Part shown: positions 32,169 to 43,345 of the stretch, piece after piece | Position numbering within the stretch: position 1 is the stretch's first letter | Layout of the letters: every line of letters starts with the position of its first letter | Origin: Saprolegnia diclina VS20 | Lineage: Eukaryota | NCBI RefSeq assembly: GCF_000281045.1 | Contig: NW_008246189.1 | Span: 55,130 to 115,581 of the forward strand | Direction of reading: 5' to 3' | Length of the DNA: 60,452 nt | Program-made: the position numbers and the translations under genes | The notes under the pieces: generated by a model | Database searches by the model: none | What the model was told of the DNA's origin: nothing | The model's input: the letters and a program-made list of their open reading frames with translations, nothing else

Positions 32169-32357
32169 TCGACAGGCTCATGGAAACTAGCTGATTTGCC
32201 CTACCCCTTGTGCTCTGCCAGTGCCCTTTGGGTTGCCACCAACGTTGGCGCGTCGCACGCGTCAAAAACACCCGTCGTCGGGCCGCCCATGTCTTGATAC
32301 ATTGAAAGATATATATCTAAAATCGACAAATTTCATATCGGCTTTGGATCCATAAGC

Positions 32358-33149
32358 TCATTTGATGTTGTTGCTGTGCTGGAATGCGGGCACGTGCTGC
32401 TGGATTTGGTGGTACGCGTCGTCCTTCCCGTAGCCCTCGAGGATCTCGAGCGTCTCTTGGATGAGCGCCTTTGTCATGCTGTCGCCCGTGCCCAAGTGCT
32501 TGTCCTTGAGGAGGTTGCACAACGGCAGGATCGACCGGTAGTATTCCGACAGCGCCTCGCCGACGCCTACCACCTGCCTCAATTATACAATTTCAACCGG
32601 GAAGTGGACCTTGGCAGACGGCGAGCTGCTGCAGAACGAGGAGCGTCCGGTGCACGACCTCCTTGTCCCGTGTGCCAAGCGCGCTCTTGACATGTGGCAT
32701 GAGAGCCGCGAGCGCGCGGAGAACGCGCGTGTCGGCCATGCCATGCTCGAGCAAGTCCATGCACGCGCGGTAGGCGAAGGTCGGGTACGGCTCGAGCGTT
32801 TCCTATGCCATCGACATCGTGAGTCCGTTGCCAAGCTATCGAAAGCAATCTGTCTACTTGGAGCCCCGAGAAGCAAATCGGAAGAAAATGCTGGTAGTCC
32901 AAAGCTTCAACCGGCGTCGTCCATACGACTTGGCGGTCGCCCATGACGTTGTTCTAGTAGAAATAAGTACTGGCGTTGCGCATCGAGTGAGCCAGTAAGT
33001 ACCTCGATCGTGAGCGGCAGCTCTTCTTGGTCGAAATAGCGCCGGAAATCGGACTTGGCTTTGGACGCCGCCTTGCGACCGGACGACGTCAGGGGCCGCG
33101 ACGTCACGGGGGCGTCGTCGAGACGCAGCACGTCGGCGGCGTTGCTCAT
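32358..33149 (-). CDS. PACRG (Parkin co-regulated, ParcG) family protein, multi-exon
   Basis: FRRYFDQEELPL, W..PVEALDYQHFLPICFSGL, ETLEPYPTFA, VKSALGTRDKEVV, VGEALSEYYRSILPLCNL, LIQETLEILE.YG..DAY..I...VP.F. Confidence 0.88.
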
Positions 33150-33231
33150 GGTGGAAACTAGAGTGGTTTCGTTGGCGTTTTCATTGTAGTTTTAATGTTT
33201 CAAGGCACTGTGGTCGCGTGAAATAGATATA

Positions 33232-34372
33232 TTACTGCGTCGATACTTGGCGACGCAATGTGACGACGAGGTCGCGAATGAGCCGTTCGTCTCGAAGCTC
33301 GACGGTCGTCCACATACAGGCGCAGAGACCGTAGCTGGCGTAGACGAGCAACAGCAGGAGAAGGACCCAGGAGGCAACATCCACGCTTGCATCGAGCCGG
33401 GGGTACTGTCGTCGGAGGTCCTCGTACGTCTCTTGTACAAAGATCAACATGGCCTCGATGTGCGGATGGCCAAATCGGTTGCCACCTTCGCCTTTGACGT
33501 CGGCCTCGGAGATGATGTCCGAGACGGCGTCATTGAGAGCGTCCATCGGGTCTTCCTCTGGCTCGCTTTGGGATACGGACGGATGGACTCGGACGGGAGA
33601 CGACGAAGCTTTCTGCGTGAGCTCGGTAATGATCGAGTCCTTGGCGTGAACGTCGTCCAGAAGCCGGTCGTACTTGCGCGCCAACGAGTCGAGCGCTTCC
33701 TCGTACTCGGACACCCGCTGGAACTGCTGGTGCTCGATCTCTTCAAAGATCTCGTGCTGCTGCGCTTCGAGGCGCGCGCTCTCGGTCGCATGCTCTTCGC
33801 GCCATCGCGCTTGCCGCCGCGCGAGTGCCCGCCGCTTGCGCTCGCCCAGTTCACGGATGAATTCGAGCGTCTTTTCGGGGCCACTCAGATTCTCTTGGCC
33901 GATCTCGTGCACGACCTTGCTCGCCATCTCCATGTGCTCGAGGACCTCGGCCGGCATCCGCGGTGCGCGCGGGCGTGGCGGCCGCCGACGCACCCCTGTC
34001 AGGTCTATGCAGTCATCAGCACCGTCTCTCGCCGCGAGTCTGTACCTTTGAGCGACGACCTATCGTCGATACTCGAGGCGTCAACGTCCGGGCGCGACGG
34101 GTGCACCGGTGGCCTCCGTGTCGGCGTCCGGTCGTCGTCGACGGGCGGTGATTCGGGTATCGTCGGGAGCGCCGATGGGAACTTGGCGGGCGTCGCCGGC
34201 GACTGCTCGTGGAGCTGCTCGATGCGTGCGTCGATGGCGCGGAGCCACTTCTGCTCGTCCTGCGCGGATCGCATCGCTCGACCGTGCTAGCGCGGGAGAG
34301 CCGTCGAGCGCAGGATTCAAAATGCGATCGGCGGACGCGGCCGGCGAGTTTAACGTCCTGTTTAAACAGCAT
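33232..34372 (-). CDS. Coiled-coil protein with a C-terminal transmembrane segment (hypothetical, multi-exon)
   Basis: MLFKQDVKLAGR|HGRAMRSAQDEQKW...|GVRRRPPRP..., Glu/Arg-rich heptads, then WVLLLLLLVYASYGLCACMW. GT-AG introns near 34288-34336 and 33996-34045. Confidence 0.7.
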
Positions 34373-34700
34373 GGTTAAACGTAAACTCGTCCTCGAGGCT
34401 TTTCCCAACCACCTGCAGCGTCGCCTCCACGACAACAGAGGCGCAGGATGATGTTGTGGGCACGAATCTGAGCGAGAATCTGAGCGAGAGGACATTGGGA
34501 TATGTAGCTGTCGCAAGCAAGCGCACACCACGATGCAACCCACGTTTAACCCTAGGTTAAAGTAGGGGCCAGCACCGCGTGGCGCACTTTATGCAGCCGA
34601 CAGGGACGATCTTGACGCGTTAAAGGTCGATGGCAATGTATTTGATGTGAATGGAGTCATACTACTACGCCGTAGTGCACTGGCTGGGTCATGCCTTCGC

Positions 34701-35243
34701 TTAGTGGAGGGCCGCGGCGACGACGACGGCCGTCATGGTAAGCACGACCGAGGAGGCCGCGCTGGTCGGCTTGGGCGTGCTCGTGGCGGTAGCCTGCGAC
34801 CCCGCGGTCGGGACCGTCGTGGCCTTGATCGTAGAGTTGGAGTTGGCCGTGCCATTGGTAGCCTTGGTCGGGGTCGCGCCGGCGAGGCTGGCAAAGGCCT
34901 TGAGCATGAGCTCGAAGCCCTTGGACATTTCGAGCGCGCTCACGGCCGTCGTTTCGACGCCGCCAATCGAGCAGACGGGCGTGAAGGCGCCAATGCTCGT
35001 CTGGAGCGACTTGTAGAGCTCCTGGCAGTTGGTGCTTGCGAGAATCATCTTGACCTGCGCGTCCGTCGGCATGGCACCCGTGATGACGGTCTGAAGGTCG
35101 AAGCTGGCGTCCTTGCCGCACGCCGCGAACGCCGGCGTACCCGCAACGGGCAAGAGCTTCGTGGTCAAGGCCGCCGGGTCACACGGGGCCGACGCAGCGG
35201 CGGCGGCGCCAGCCATGGCAAGGACAAGGGCAGAGGTCTTCAT
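34701..35243 (-). CDS. Elicitin-like secreted protein with Thr/Ala-rich stalk and predicted GPI signal
   Basis: Signal peptide MKTSALVLAMAGAAAAA; elicitin pattern C...FAACGKDASF...MPTDAQVKMILASTNC...C; hydrophobic C-terminus. Confidence 0.85.
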   Translation of the reverse strand: MKTSALVLAMAGAAAAASAPCDPAALTTKLLPVAGTPAFAACGKDASFDLQTVITGAMPTDAQVKMILASTNCQELYKSLQTSIGAFTPVCSIGGVETTAVSALEMSKGFELMLKAFASLAGATPTKATNGTANSNSTIKATTVPTAGSQATATSTPKPTSAASSVVLTMTAVVVAAALH

Positions 35244-35895
35244 GGTCGCTACTTGATGGCAAGTTGGAAAGTGCTGACTGAGGAGGCCGACACTGGCGCA
35301 AGGTTTTGTCCCAAGAGCAAGGTTTTGCCCACGAAGCGAGCGCGATGATAGGCACCTCTTCTCGTACAATTCTCTGCCTCAAGCGCTACTCACGCGTAGA
35401 AGCTGTGCCAAGCTGTACCAAGGAACTTCTTTGGGGCTCGTGCACGAAGCGCAGCTTCCCCAACCTGAAGGTTTGCATCTCACGCCGCTCCTTGTCGGCA
35501 CAGAAAATGCTCCGACAAATGAGCTGCTTGGTCTGCATGGGAACACACCTTGGAGCTACACCCTGGGTCTAGCTGCTAGGTCCACAGGGCGAGAGCTCGG
35601 GGCGAGACTGCTGAGCGTATTACAGCTCTAGAGCTCAGCTCTGGGCAGCAGTTCAAAGAATTTTGGCCAAGGCGGGACATTGGGACAAACCTCCTTGATG
35701 TGGTGATGCGTAATGTTTATGCACTGAACGCCCCCGAATTTAATACTACGCATTTCGATTGTACTAGATTTTGTATTGAATACCACGGCTGGGAATAGAA
35801 TTACTTGCGTGACACGCGGGAACAAAAGATCGCAACACGAAAACAACACTGCATTTTGGTAGTTAGTAGAAAGACAACCGATTTGGGAGGGCATC

Positions 35896-36474
35896 TTAAT
35901 GGAGGGCCGCGGCAGCGGTCAAGGCGAGGGCAGCCACGGCAACACCAGCCGAGGCGGCGCTCGAGGGCTTGGCGGTCGGGGCCGGGGTCGCCGTGGCGGT
36001 GGCGGTCGTGGGCTTCGTGATGTCGGCGGGGGCCGTCGTGGTCGTGTTGGCGGGCTTGCCAGCGGGGACCGTCGTCGCCGCGTCGGTCTTACCAGAAGAG
36101 GGGGCCGTCGTCGCCGCATCGGTCTTGCCACCGCTGGCGAAGGCAGCCAAGACCTTCTCCAAGGGCGTCGTGGCGATCGTGCTGAGCTCGACACCGGCGA
36201 TCGTGCACGAGGGCGTGACCGTGGCAGAGACCTTCTGCATGTTGGCGTAAAGCGCCTTGCAGTCCGCGCTGGCGACCATCTTCTTGGCCTGCTCGGGCGT
36301 CGGCAGAACGTTCGTCGCCAAGTTGATGAGGGTGAAGCCCGAAGCCTCCTGGCACGCAGCATGCTCAGGCGAGATCATGACGGCGCCGAAAGCGGTGATG
36401 AGGGTGCCCTGTTCGCAGGGAACGGCGGCGACCGTGGCGACGGCGGCGGCGAGGATGACGGACGTGAACTTCAT
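35896..36474 (-). CDS. Elicitin-like secreted protein with Thr/Ala/Pro-rich stalk and predicted GPI signal (tandem paralog)
   Basis: Signal peptide MKFTSVILAAAVATVAA; C...AACQEASGF...LPTPEQAKKMVASADC...C; GKTDAATT repeated twice; ends AAALH like its neighbour. Confidence 0.85.
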   Translation of the reverse strand: MKFTSVILAAAVATVAAVPCEQGTLITAFGAVMISPEHAACQEASGFTLINLATNVLPTPEQAKKMVASADCKALYANMQKVSATVTPSCTIAGVELSTIATTPLEKVLAAFASGGKTDAATTAPSSGKTDAATTVPAGKPANTTTTAPADITKPTTATATATPAPTAKPSSAASAGVAVAALALTAAAALH

Positions 36475-37949
36475 TGTGGTTGGGAAGGCGTTGGTAAAAC
36501 GGAAAATGAGCAAACGAGATCGAGTCGTTCTTGCTGTTGTCTGCCGCCCGCCACACGACCAACCCAGCAGGTGTAGCGTTTGGAAAGAAAAGTTGAACCC
36601 TCTCCATAGATATGAACGGACGGTTGTTCAGTCGTAAGCAACAGGCCGCTGGGTGCAGCCTTGCATGGACAAGGCACCCAAGCGCCCACGAATCATTACC
36701 GGTACACAAGCAGTCTAGTATCTTCTGCCAAGTATTAACACTTTACAGTGCTCGCGTATAAAGCACTCGTGTCGTTCTCGTCGCGGGTCGTTGTCGGAGG
36801 CGGCGCTCTGGAAGGACGCGCCGACCAGGTCGATGCAACAAGCGCCGACTGCCGCACGTATCGCGCGGCCTGATTCCGGATCAGCCTTCTGTTGGCGAAA
36901 CACCCCCGGATGGCGCCCAGACGTGTCCTTTCGTGCACGTGTGCACCTCTTGGTGCCTCTCGGATTGGCGGATGGGTGAAACGCAAATAACTCTCGTGCA
37001 TTGTATGCTTCGTTGTAAAGGTGTCGAGAAGAAGTCGCCGCCCAACAGCAACCATGCGATCACCCACCTTGGATGGCTTCGTTCACAGGCCTTCTAGCAT
37101 CAGCTTTTCGTGTCTACGCCAACAACTCTGTCAAGAGTGCGTCGCTCCATCGTCGTTGACGAAACAGGGCTTGTCAAGGCGGCTCCTTTCGATGCAGCGC
37201 ATGAACGATACACACTAACTGCAGGTAGAGCGCTACAAAGAAGTAAAACACTGGGCTACGCAGGGGATAATGAAGCGGCTGCATCTACGTGCGATCGGGA
37301 CATGCCGCCAAGTGGTGGCTATTATCCTGCGCCGGGGATCGTACCGGCGCACACGGTCACCCCTTCGTCATGCTGCGATACGTCTGACGCGTCGCTGAAG
37401 CTCATGCCGGTTCCTGTGCGAGCCCAGAGATACCAGTGCAAGCCATGCACACAGCGGGGCTGCTTTCCATCCAATTGCACGTCTATCGGTGGGAGGCTTT
37501 CTCTGGGTGTATTGTTGTTACCAGTTGGAGGCCGTCGCCAGGCCTTGCTGCTACGTGCGTCGTGTCAATGACGGTGCGCAGCGCGATTACGCTCCAAGTG
37601 TGCGACGACAATCGTCGTATGGTCGTTTCAGCGTTTCCACGTGCGCATTGGCAGCCATTGATTCCCAGCGGTGCGTGCGTAGAAGACAAACGTGCAAGCC
37701 CTTTATCACAGCCGCGGCTCATTGACTCCGGAAAATGTGCGCGTTCAGCTGCGGGCATGCAGGGTCGACGCATCTGGAGGAAGTGACTTTCTGACGTATC
37801 AAGCTCGCATCGATGAACTCGAGAAGGCTTCGACTTCGCCAAATTCCCTTGCCGCAAAGTTTCTGGCTTACACCATGCACGTGGCGCGTCGTGACGTTGA
37901 TGTATGGATGGTCTGACAAGAGGAATTGAGCAATGCTCGATCAATCAAA

Positions 37950-38300
37950 GGAGCTACGGCTGAGGACGTGCACGAGACGACCTCGAGATGACCATTGCAA
38001 GCTGCAGGGTCGAGGGTGTTGACAACGCGCTATCGGTTGTGTGCCCGATGAGGCGGTGGATGCAGCGTGTACTGCATTTGGCAGCGGTTTGATCCAGAAC
38101 GGTGACAGTTAAGCGTTTGCTTGGATGCAAATGAAGGCAGCAGACACCATGCCAAGCACTCGGAATCTCGTTTGTCCAGCTAAAGTACACAACGCCAGGA
38201 ATCACGCATCCTGATGTCGTCCAAGAGGCCGGGGTCGACGATGAAGTGCGGCACAGTGTCCAGTGCGTGCGAAGTGCAAGGAGTTGAATAGCTGTCCGCC
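37950..38300 (-). pseudogene. Possible decayed ankyrin-repeat gene remnant
   Basis: Minus strand at about 37970-38020 translates TLDPAACNGHLEVVSC, matching the AAxNGHLEVV ankyrin consensus, within broken frames. Confidence 0.3.
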
Positions 38301-39028
38301 TGTCGTGCTCATGAAAGCCATCGAGAGCAAGACACATGTACTAGTACTCAATTTTGTCTCTCACAGGGATTGGGGACACAAACGACACGAGACTCGCACC
38401 TCAATGCGTCAGGACCCAACTCTTTGCCACAGCATACTATATTCGCACGGCTTTTAAGGAAGTTGGTGCCTGTATGATAAGCCATAGAAGACGTTGCTCA
38501 CCGCTCCTTGACCGGCTTGAAGGATAGAGGCTGGCTGAGCACTGCTCGGCGCTGGTAAGCTGTTTGGAGCTTGATGGGGCTTCACTAGTATAATTGGGTT
38601 GAGAAGGTGTTATCTATTCATTGCAATTAAAGAATCACACAATGCTTCAACGCCTCACCAGCCAGCTACCTTCCTGCGCTGGTTGCCTGGCGGTCCCGAT
38701 TTGATTTGCATCAAACAGCGATTCTTCTGTCCCGATTGGCAGGAAAAGCGGGATCCGGAACTGCTTGAACCGAGGAAAACTCGAGGCAAGTTCGGCGACA
38801 ACACCGCGGATGCCGGATATCGCCTCATTATCCGAACATGGAATGATGGTCTAATTTTCGATTGTCAAGATTTGGGGTGCAATAAAATACGGCGCCTCCT
38901 TTCTTTTAAAACTTTTCATACTGCTAAATGTATGCCTAATTGCAATTTCTGAATTAAAATAGTCTGATTTAATCGCAACAAGGCGTAACCATCATTTGGA
39001 GCAACACTAGTGACTGGTCTTGTTGGCC

Positions 39029-40355
39029 ATGCCCCGCGCCAAGGCCGGTCGCCACAACACGCTCGCCAAGGAAGCCTCGTGCAGTGAGGTACAGCAGGCG
39101 AGCCCGACCAAGCCAAGCGCTTTGCGGCGGCCGCGTGGCGAGCTCGCGCACGAAATGCAGGCCATGAGCCTTGCGTCCGAGGCCAAAGTCCGGAGGCGGC
39201 AATGCCACTTGGTGGTGCTCGCCACCGAAGCCAAGGCCGGCGTGGTCAAGATCGCGTATGCCGACGCTAGTTCGTACCGCGGCCAAGTGCTTCCTGGCTC
39301 TAGCCCGCCACAGCGTCACGGCAAAGGCACGTTTGAAGCGCACGACGGCGATGTGCTCGAGGGCACCTGGAAGGACGACCGGATGCACGGGTACTGTATA
39401 AAACCTAATTTGTCGATCGCACACATGGAGTTTGTAGCTTTGGCACGCGTATCTTCTCGCGCACGGGTGACCGCCACGAGGGTATGTACTACAAGGACAA
39501 GCGCCATGGCCGAGGCACGTACCTCTGGAGCAACGGCGACAAATTTGTCGGTGAGTTCTACAACGGACGGGTGCGATGAGCAACTATCTCTGACGCTTGG
39601 TCTGCTGATGAAATGCTCGCCAGATGCACGGGCCGGGCATCTTGATCGCAGCCAACGGCGACACGTTCGAAGGTTGGAGCCCATTCCCAATCATTTATTG
39701 TCGGCTTATTTCGACGGCACTAGGCGAGTGGACCAAAGGCGCAGTCGCCTCCGGCGTGCTCACATCGGCCAGCGGCGACGTCCTCGCGGGTCACGACCAT
39801 GTTTCCTCTGTTTGGCACGACGGGCGCTTCACGGGCGTCGGTCGCAAGCTCTTTCGGAACGGCGACTCGTATATTGGGTCGTTTGTCGGAAGCGTCCTCG
39901 CCGGCCTCGGCACCTACCATTGGGCGAACGGAGATGTGTACCAAGGCGAGATGGCAGCGAGCAAGATGCATGGGCGCGGCGAGGTCAAGTACGCGGAAGG
40001 GCGCTACGACGGCGCGTTTGCCCGCGGCGTGTACCACGGGTACGGTCGACGCACGTATGCGTCCGGCGCCGTTTACGAGGGCCACTTTGAGCACGGCGCC
40101 CGGCACGGGTTTGGCAAGTACCAATGGATCGACGGCGAAGTGTACCAAGGCGAATGGACCCACGACCGGCCGCATGGTATCGGCGTCTGGTCCAGCGACG
40201 ACCGCCTCTTCCACGGTAGCTGGCGCCGCGGCGTGCCACACGGACCGGGCGCCTACGTCGACCAAGTGACAAAAGAAGCGACGTACGCCGAGTTTTCGCT
40301 CGGCACGAGTGCAGACGGCCGCCTCGTGTTACCCGAGCTTCTCCTCGACGCGTAA
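39029..40355 (+). CDS. MORN-repeat protein (multi-exon)
   Basis: Repeated YxGxWxxGxxHGxG motifs (e.g. [30 protein letters not shown]). Short introns near 39392-39438, 39570-39623 and 39673-39723. Confidence 0.88.
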
Positions 40356-40825
40356 TTGGTATCTGAAAGCGTGTTTGTCCGCGGTTCGTCGTTCGAGTCG
40401 CGCATAGAGTTGTTGTTTTTTATTCAAAAACGTGTGCTAGTACGGATCGTCGACCCACTTTAACAAACCATTGGTCGAGCTAGCTGGCCAAGCAATGTCC
40501 GAGACCTCTGTCTGGTGGCTCAATCACCACAACTTTATTTGTCCAGGCCGCGCCTTGCGCCATCGACATCTTTTCACATCCGAATCCAAACTATGGCGTT
40601 GGCCGACCTCCGCGGCATGGCGAATCGTCCGATTCAGTCTCGGGGTTGAGCCGCATGACATTGCAACAGGCTTGACACCGCTCATCTTTGAATCACTATT
40701 GTCAAGCGTCCCCGGAAGACTCGGCTTGTGTCCCAAACACAAACACAGTACAGTATAGCGTAACTAGATAGATCGATGTATTCATTTGATGCGGCGCAAA
40801 CTTCTGCCGTCGTGGTGCTTGAGGA

Positions 40826-41572
40826 TTACGGCGCCTTGTTGATCGCCGCCCAGTGGTCATGCTCGGTGAGGTACGAGAATGGATCGTGCGACTCGTTTGT
40901 GCTGGGCACATACTCGATGAGCTCCAGGATCGGCTGGACTCTTTCGATGCCAACCACGGCCGTCAAGAACGCCGCCGCCATGTCAATGCCCGCCGTGACG
41001 CCAGAGCTCGTCCAAATGTTGCCGTCAACGACCCACCGCGCTTGCTTGACCCACTGGATGGCGCTCGAGCCAAAACTCTGGATGTGCTGGAAGGCGAGCT
41101 TGTTCGTCGTCGCGCGCTTCCCGTCGAGAAGCCCAGACGCTGCGAGAAAGCTCGAGCCCGTACAAACGCTCAAAACATACGTTGCGGATGCCGCCCGGGC
41201 GCGGACAAAAGCGAGGTACGCAGGATCTTTGGCAAACACGTCCGTGCCGAGGCCCCCTACACGCAAGAGCCATTCAAAGTCGAGCTCAAAACAGTTTGTA
41301 GGCTTACCAGGGAGCAAGAGGATGTCGACACGCGGCGCCGACTCGAAGCTGTGCGAAGCCACCATGGGCGTGCCAGCCATCGGCGGGTTGGTCCAGATCG
41401 TGCCCGCCTCCTGAGAGATCGTGACGGTATCAAACAGGTCCGGCAGCATGTCGAAGAGCTGCAATGGTCCTAGACGCAGTGTCACGGCGACAACGCTGCA
41501 AAATGACGCACCAGCAACGTCCAGGATGGTGTAGCCGTCAAAGAGGAGAACGCCGACCGTTAGCTTTGGCAT
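40826..41572 (-). CDS. DJ-1/PfpI family protein (InhA / isocyanide hydratase-like subgroup)
   Basis: GVLLFDGYTILDVAG|PLQLF, DILLLP|GGLGT, SVCTGS (nucleophile Cys), GLLDGKRATTN, ARWVVDGNIWTSSGVTAGIDM, EY...DPF. Two in-frame introns. Confidence 0.9.
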   Translation of the reverse strand: MPKLTVGVLLFDGYTILDVAGASFCSVVAVTLRLGPLQLFDMLPDLFDTVTISQEAGTIWTNPPMAGTPMVASHSFESAPRVDILLLPGKPTNCFELDFEWLLRVGGLGTDVFAKDPAYLAFVRARAASATYVLSVCTGSSFLAASGLLDGKRATTNKLAFQHIQSFGSSAIQWVKQARWVVDGNIWTSSGVTAGIDMAAAFLTAVVGIERVQPILELIEYVPSTNESHDPFSYLTEHDHWAAINKAP

Positions 41573-42251
41573 ATTCAATTCGAGGCGCCGCGGTACAATT
41601 GAAAAATGGCAGCCACACGGCCACAGGGCGTTCCCTTGGTGTCCCTACATCGGCGTCGATTGCTCGATCTATCGCTCGGCGTCATCCTTTTGTCAAATGT
41701 GTCTCGATTGCGCCGAAATAACCTGGGCTTCTGCGGGCAGTCTCCGCGGAAAGAGACAATTATGAGAATGTACGCGTAGGACTAGGGTCTGGGACCGTTT
41801 TCATGACGCAAGCGGTCAAGGTGAGCGATCAACGATGAACGTCGCGCATGTAATAATCCACACGCTTACCAAGCGAAAGGCACACGCATACCAAGTGCAA
41901 CGGTGAGTGTTGCAGTCTTTCAAGCGTGCGGTTGATGGGACCGGCGCCGTAACCAAACTACCCTAACCCGGCTCGAGACGACCGACTTGCTCGTTTTTGA
42001 TGGCAGCGGCGAATCTCGGGTGGTGCCTGCATTGCTTGCCAGCCCGCGTCAACGCTGCAGAGTACAAGGCGCGAGATGGGGAACGCGGCTTCCATTTACG
42101 CAAATAGATATTATAATAAATGCGCCGCCTAATGCTAATCTATCAGACTAGGCCTTGCACTTATCATCAAACATCTTCCAAGCAAAGGCGTTCCTCTTCC
42201 CGTCACCTACTGACCGCTCTGCTTGGGCATCTCCTCGCACCGAGTGGGCGC

Positions 42252-43345
42252 TTAGAGGGAAGGGAAAGCGTTCGTGTCGGCGACGTTGGGGGCCTTCGAC
42301 GACTTCTTGGGGGCAGCGGCGGCACCACGGCCACGGCCACCGTCACGGCCGGCGCCACGGCCACCCTCGCGGGGGGCACCACGGCCACCACGGCCGCCAC
42401 GGCCACCCTCACGTTCCTCGCGGGGGGCCGAGACAGGGGCGACGGAAAAGCCGACGTCCGTGAGGAGCGTCTTCTTGCGGCCCGAAGTCTTCTTGGTGAA
42501 AACCTTCTCGTACGACGACTCGATGAAGTCGGGGGTCTTGCCGTCCTTGGTGAGGAGGGCAGCGTCCGAGAACTCGTTCGCGACGGCGCGGATCTCGACT
42601 TCGCCGAAGAGCTCGTTCGACGAGCGGGCCTGCTTCTTCTGGGCGAGGTATTCGTCGAGCGTCAAGGTCTTCTCCTCTTCCTCGACAACGACCTCGGCGA
42701 CTTCCTCGACGGCCTCGTCAGCGACGACACCCTCCTGGATCTCGGCCTCGGCAGCCTGCTCCGACTTGTCGGCCTCGTTGCCCCAGTTGTGGCCACCGCC
42801 ACCCGACTTGGAGACTTCCTTGCCACGGCCCGTGCCGCTGCGGCGGTCGAACGAGCGCTTCGGGCGGTCGCCGCGCTCACCCTGGTGGGCGTGCGAGCGG
42901 TCCGGGCGCTCACCGCGTTCGCGTTCGTTGCGGAGGTTGGTGCCGGTCGAGCCTTCCGGGCGGTCGGTGCGGGGCTTGCGCTCACCCTCGACGCGGGGCT
43001 TGCGCTCGCCATCAGCACGCGGCTTGCGCTCGCCATCGGCGCGGGGCTTGCGCTCACCACGCTCGCCACGGCCGCCACGGCCGCCGTCACGGCCAGCACC
43101 GCGGCCGCCCTTGGCGCCCTCGGGCTTCTTGTTCTCGCCTTCCTTGCGGGGCTTGACCGTCTTGGGCTTCTCAGCGGCGACGGGGGCCGGGGGCGCCTGC
43201 ACCTTCTTCGAGTCTTCGTCGTCAGAGTCGAGGTACGAGAAGATGTTCTTGGAAGCCTACGCCCATGACGCCGTCAATGCCCATTCACACGCTGGCGCCG
43301 GTGGCCCCCTCAGCGGCCACCGTCGGCGACGAGCCTGCTTACCAT
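42252..43345 (-). CDS. SERBP1: SERBP1/HABP4/Stm1-family RGG-rich mRNA- and ribosome-binding protein
   Basis: ATG-only first coding exon (43343-43345), intron 43257-43342, ASKNIFSYLDSDDED, KRSFDRRSGTGRG..K.GGGGHNWG, EKTLTLDEY, APNVADTNAFPSL*. Confidence 0.92.
42970..43058 (-). repeat. Coding 24-nt repeat (GERKPR-xx)x4 within SERBP1
   Basis: GERKPRAD GERKPRAD GERKPRVE GERKPRT. Confidence 0.8.

Noticed and set aside
33247..34290. 347-aa plus-strand ORF
   Set aside because: Antisense to the coiled-coil gene, which has the better protein-like composition and splice signals.
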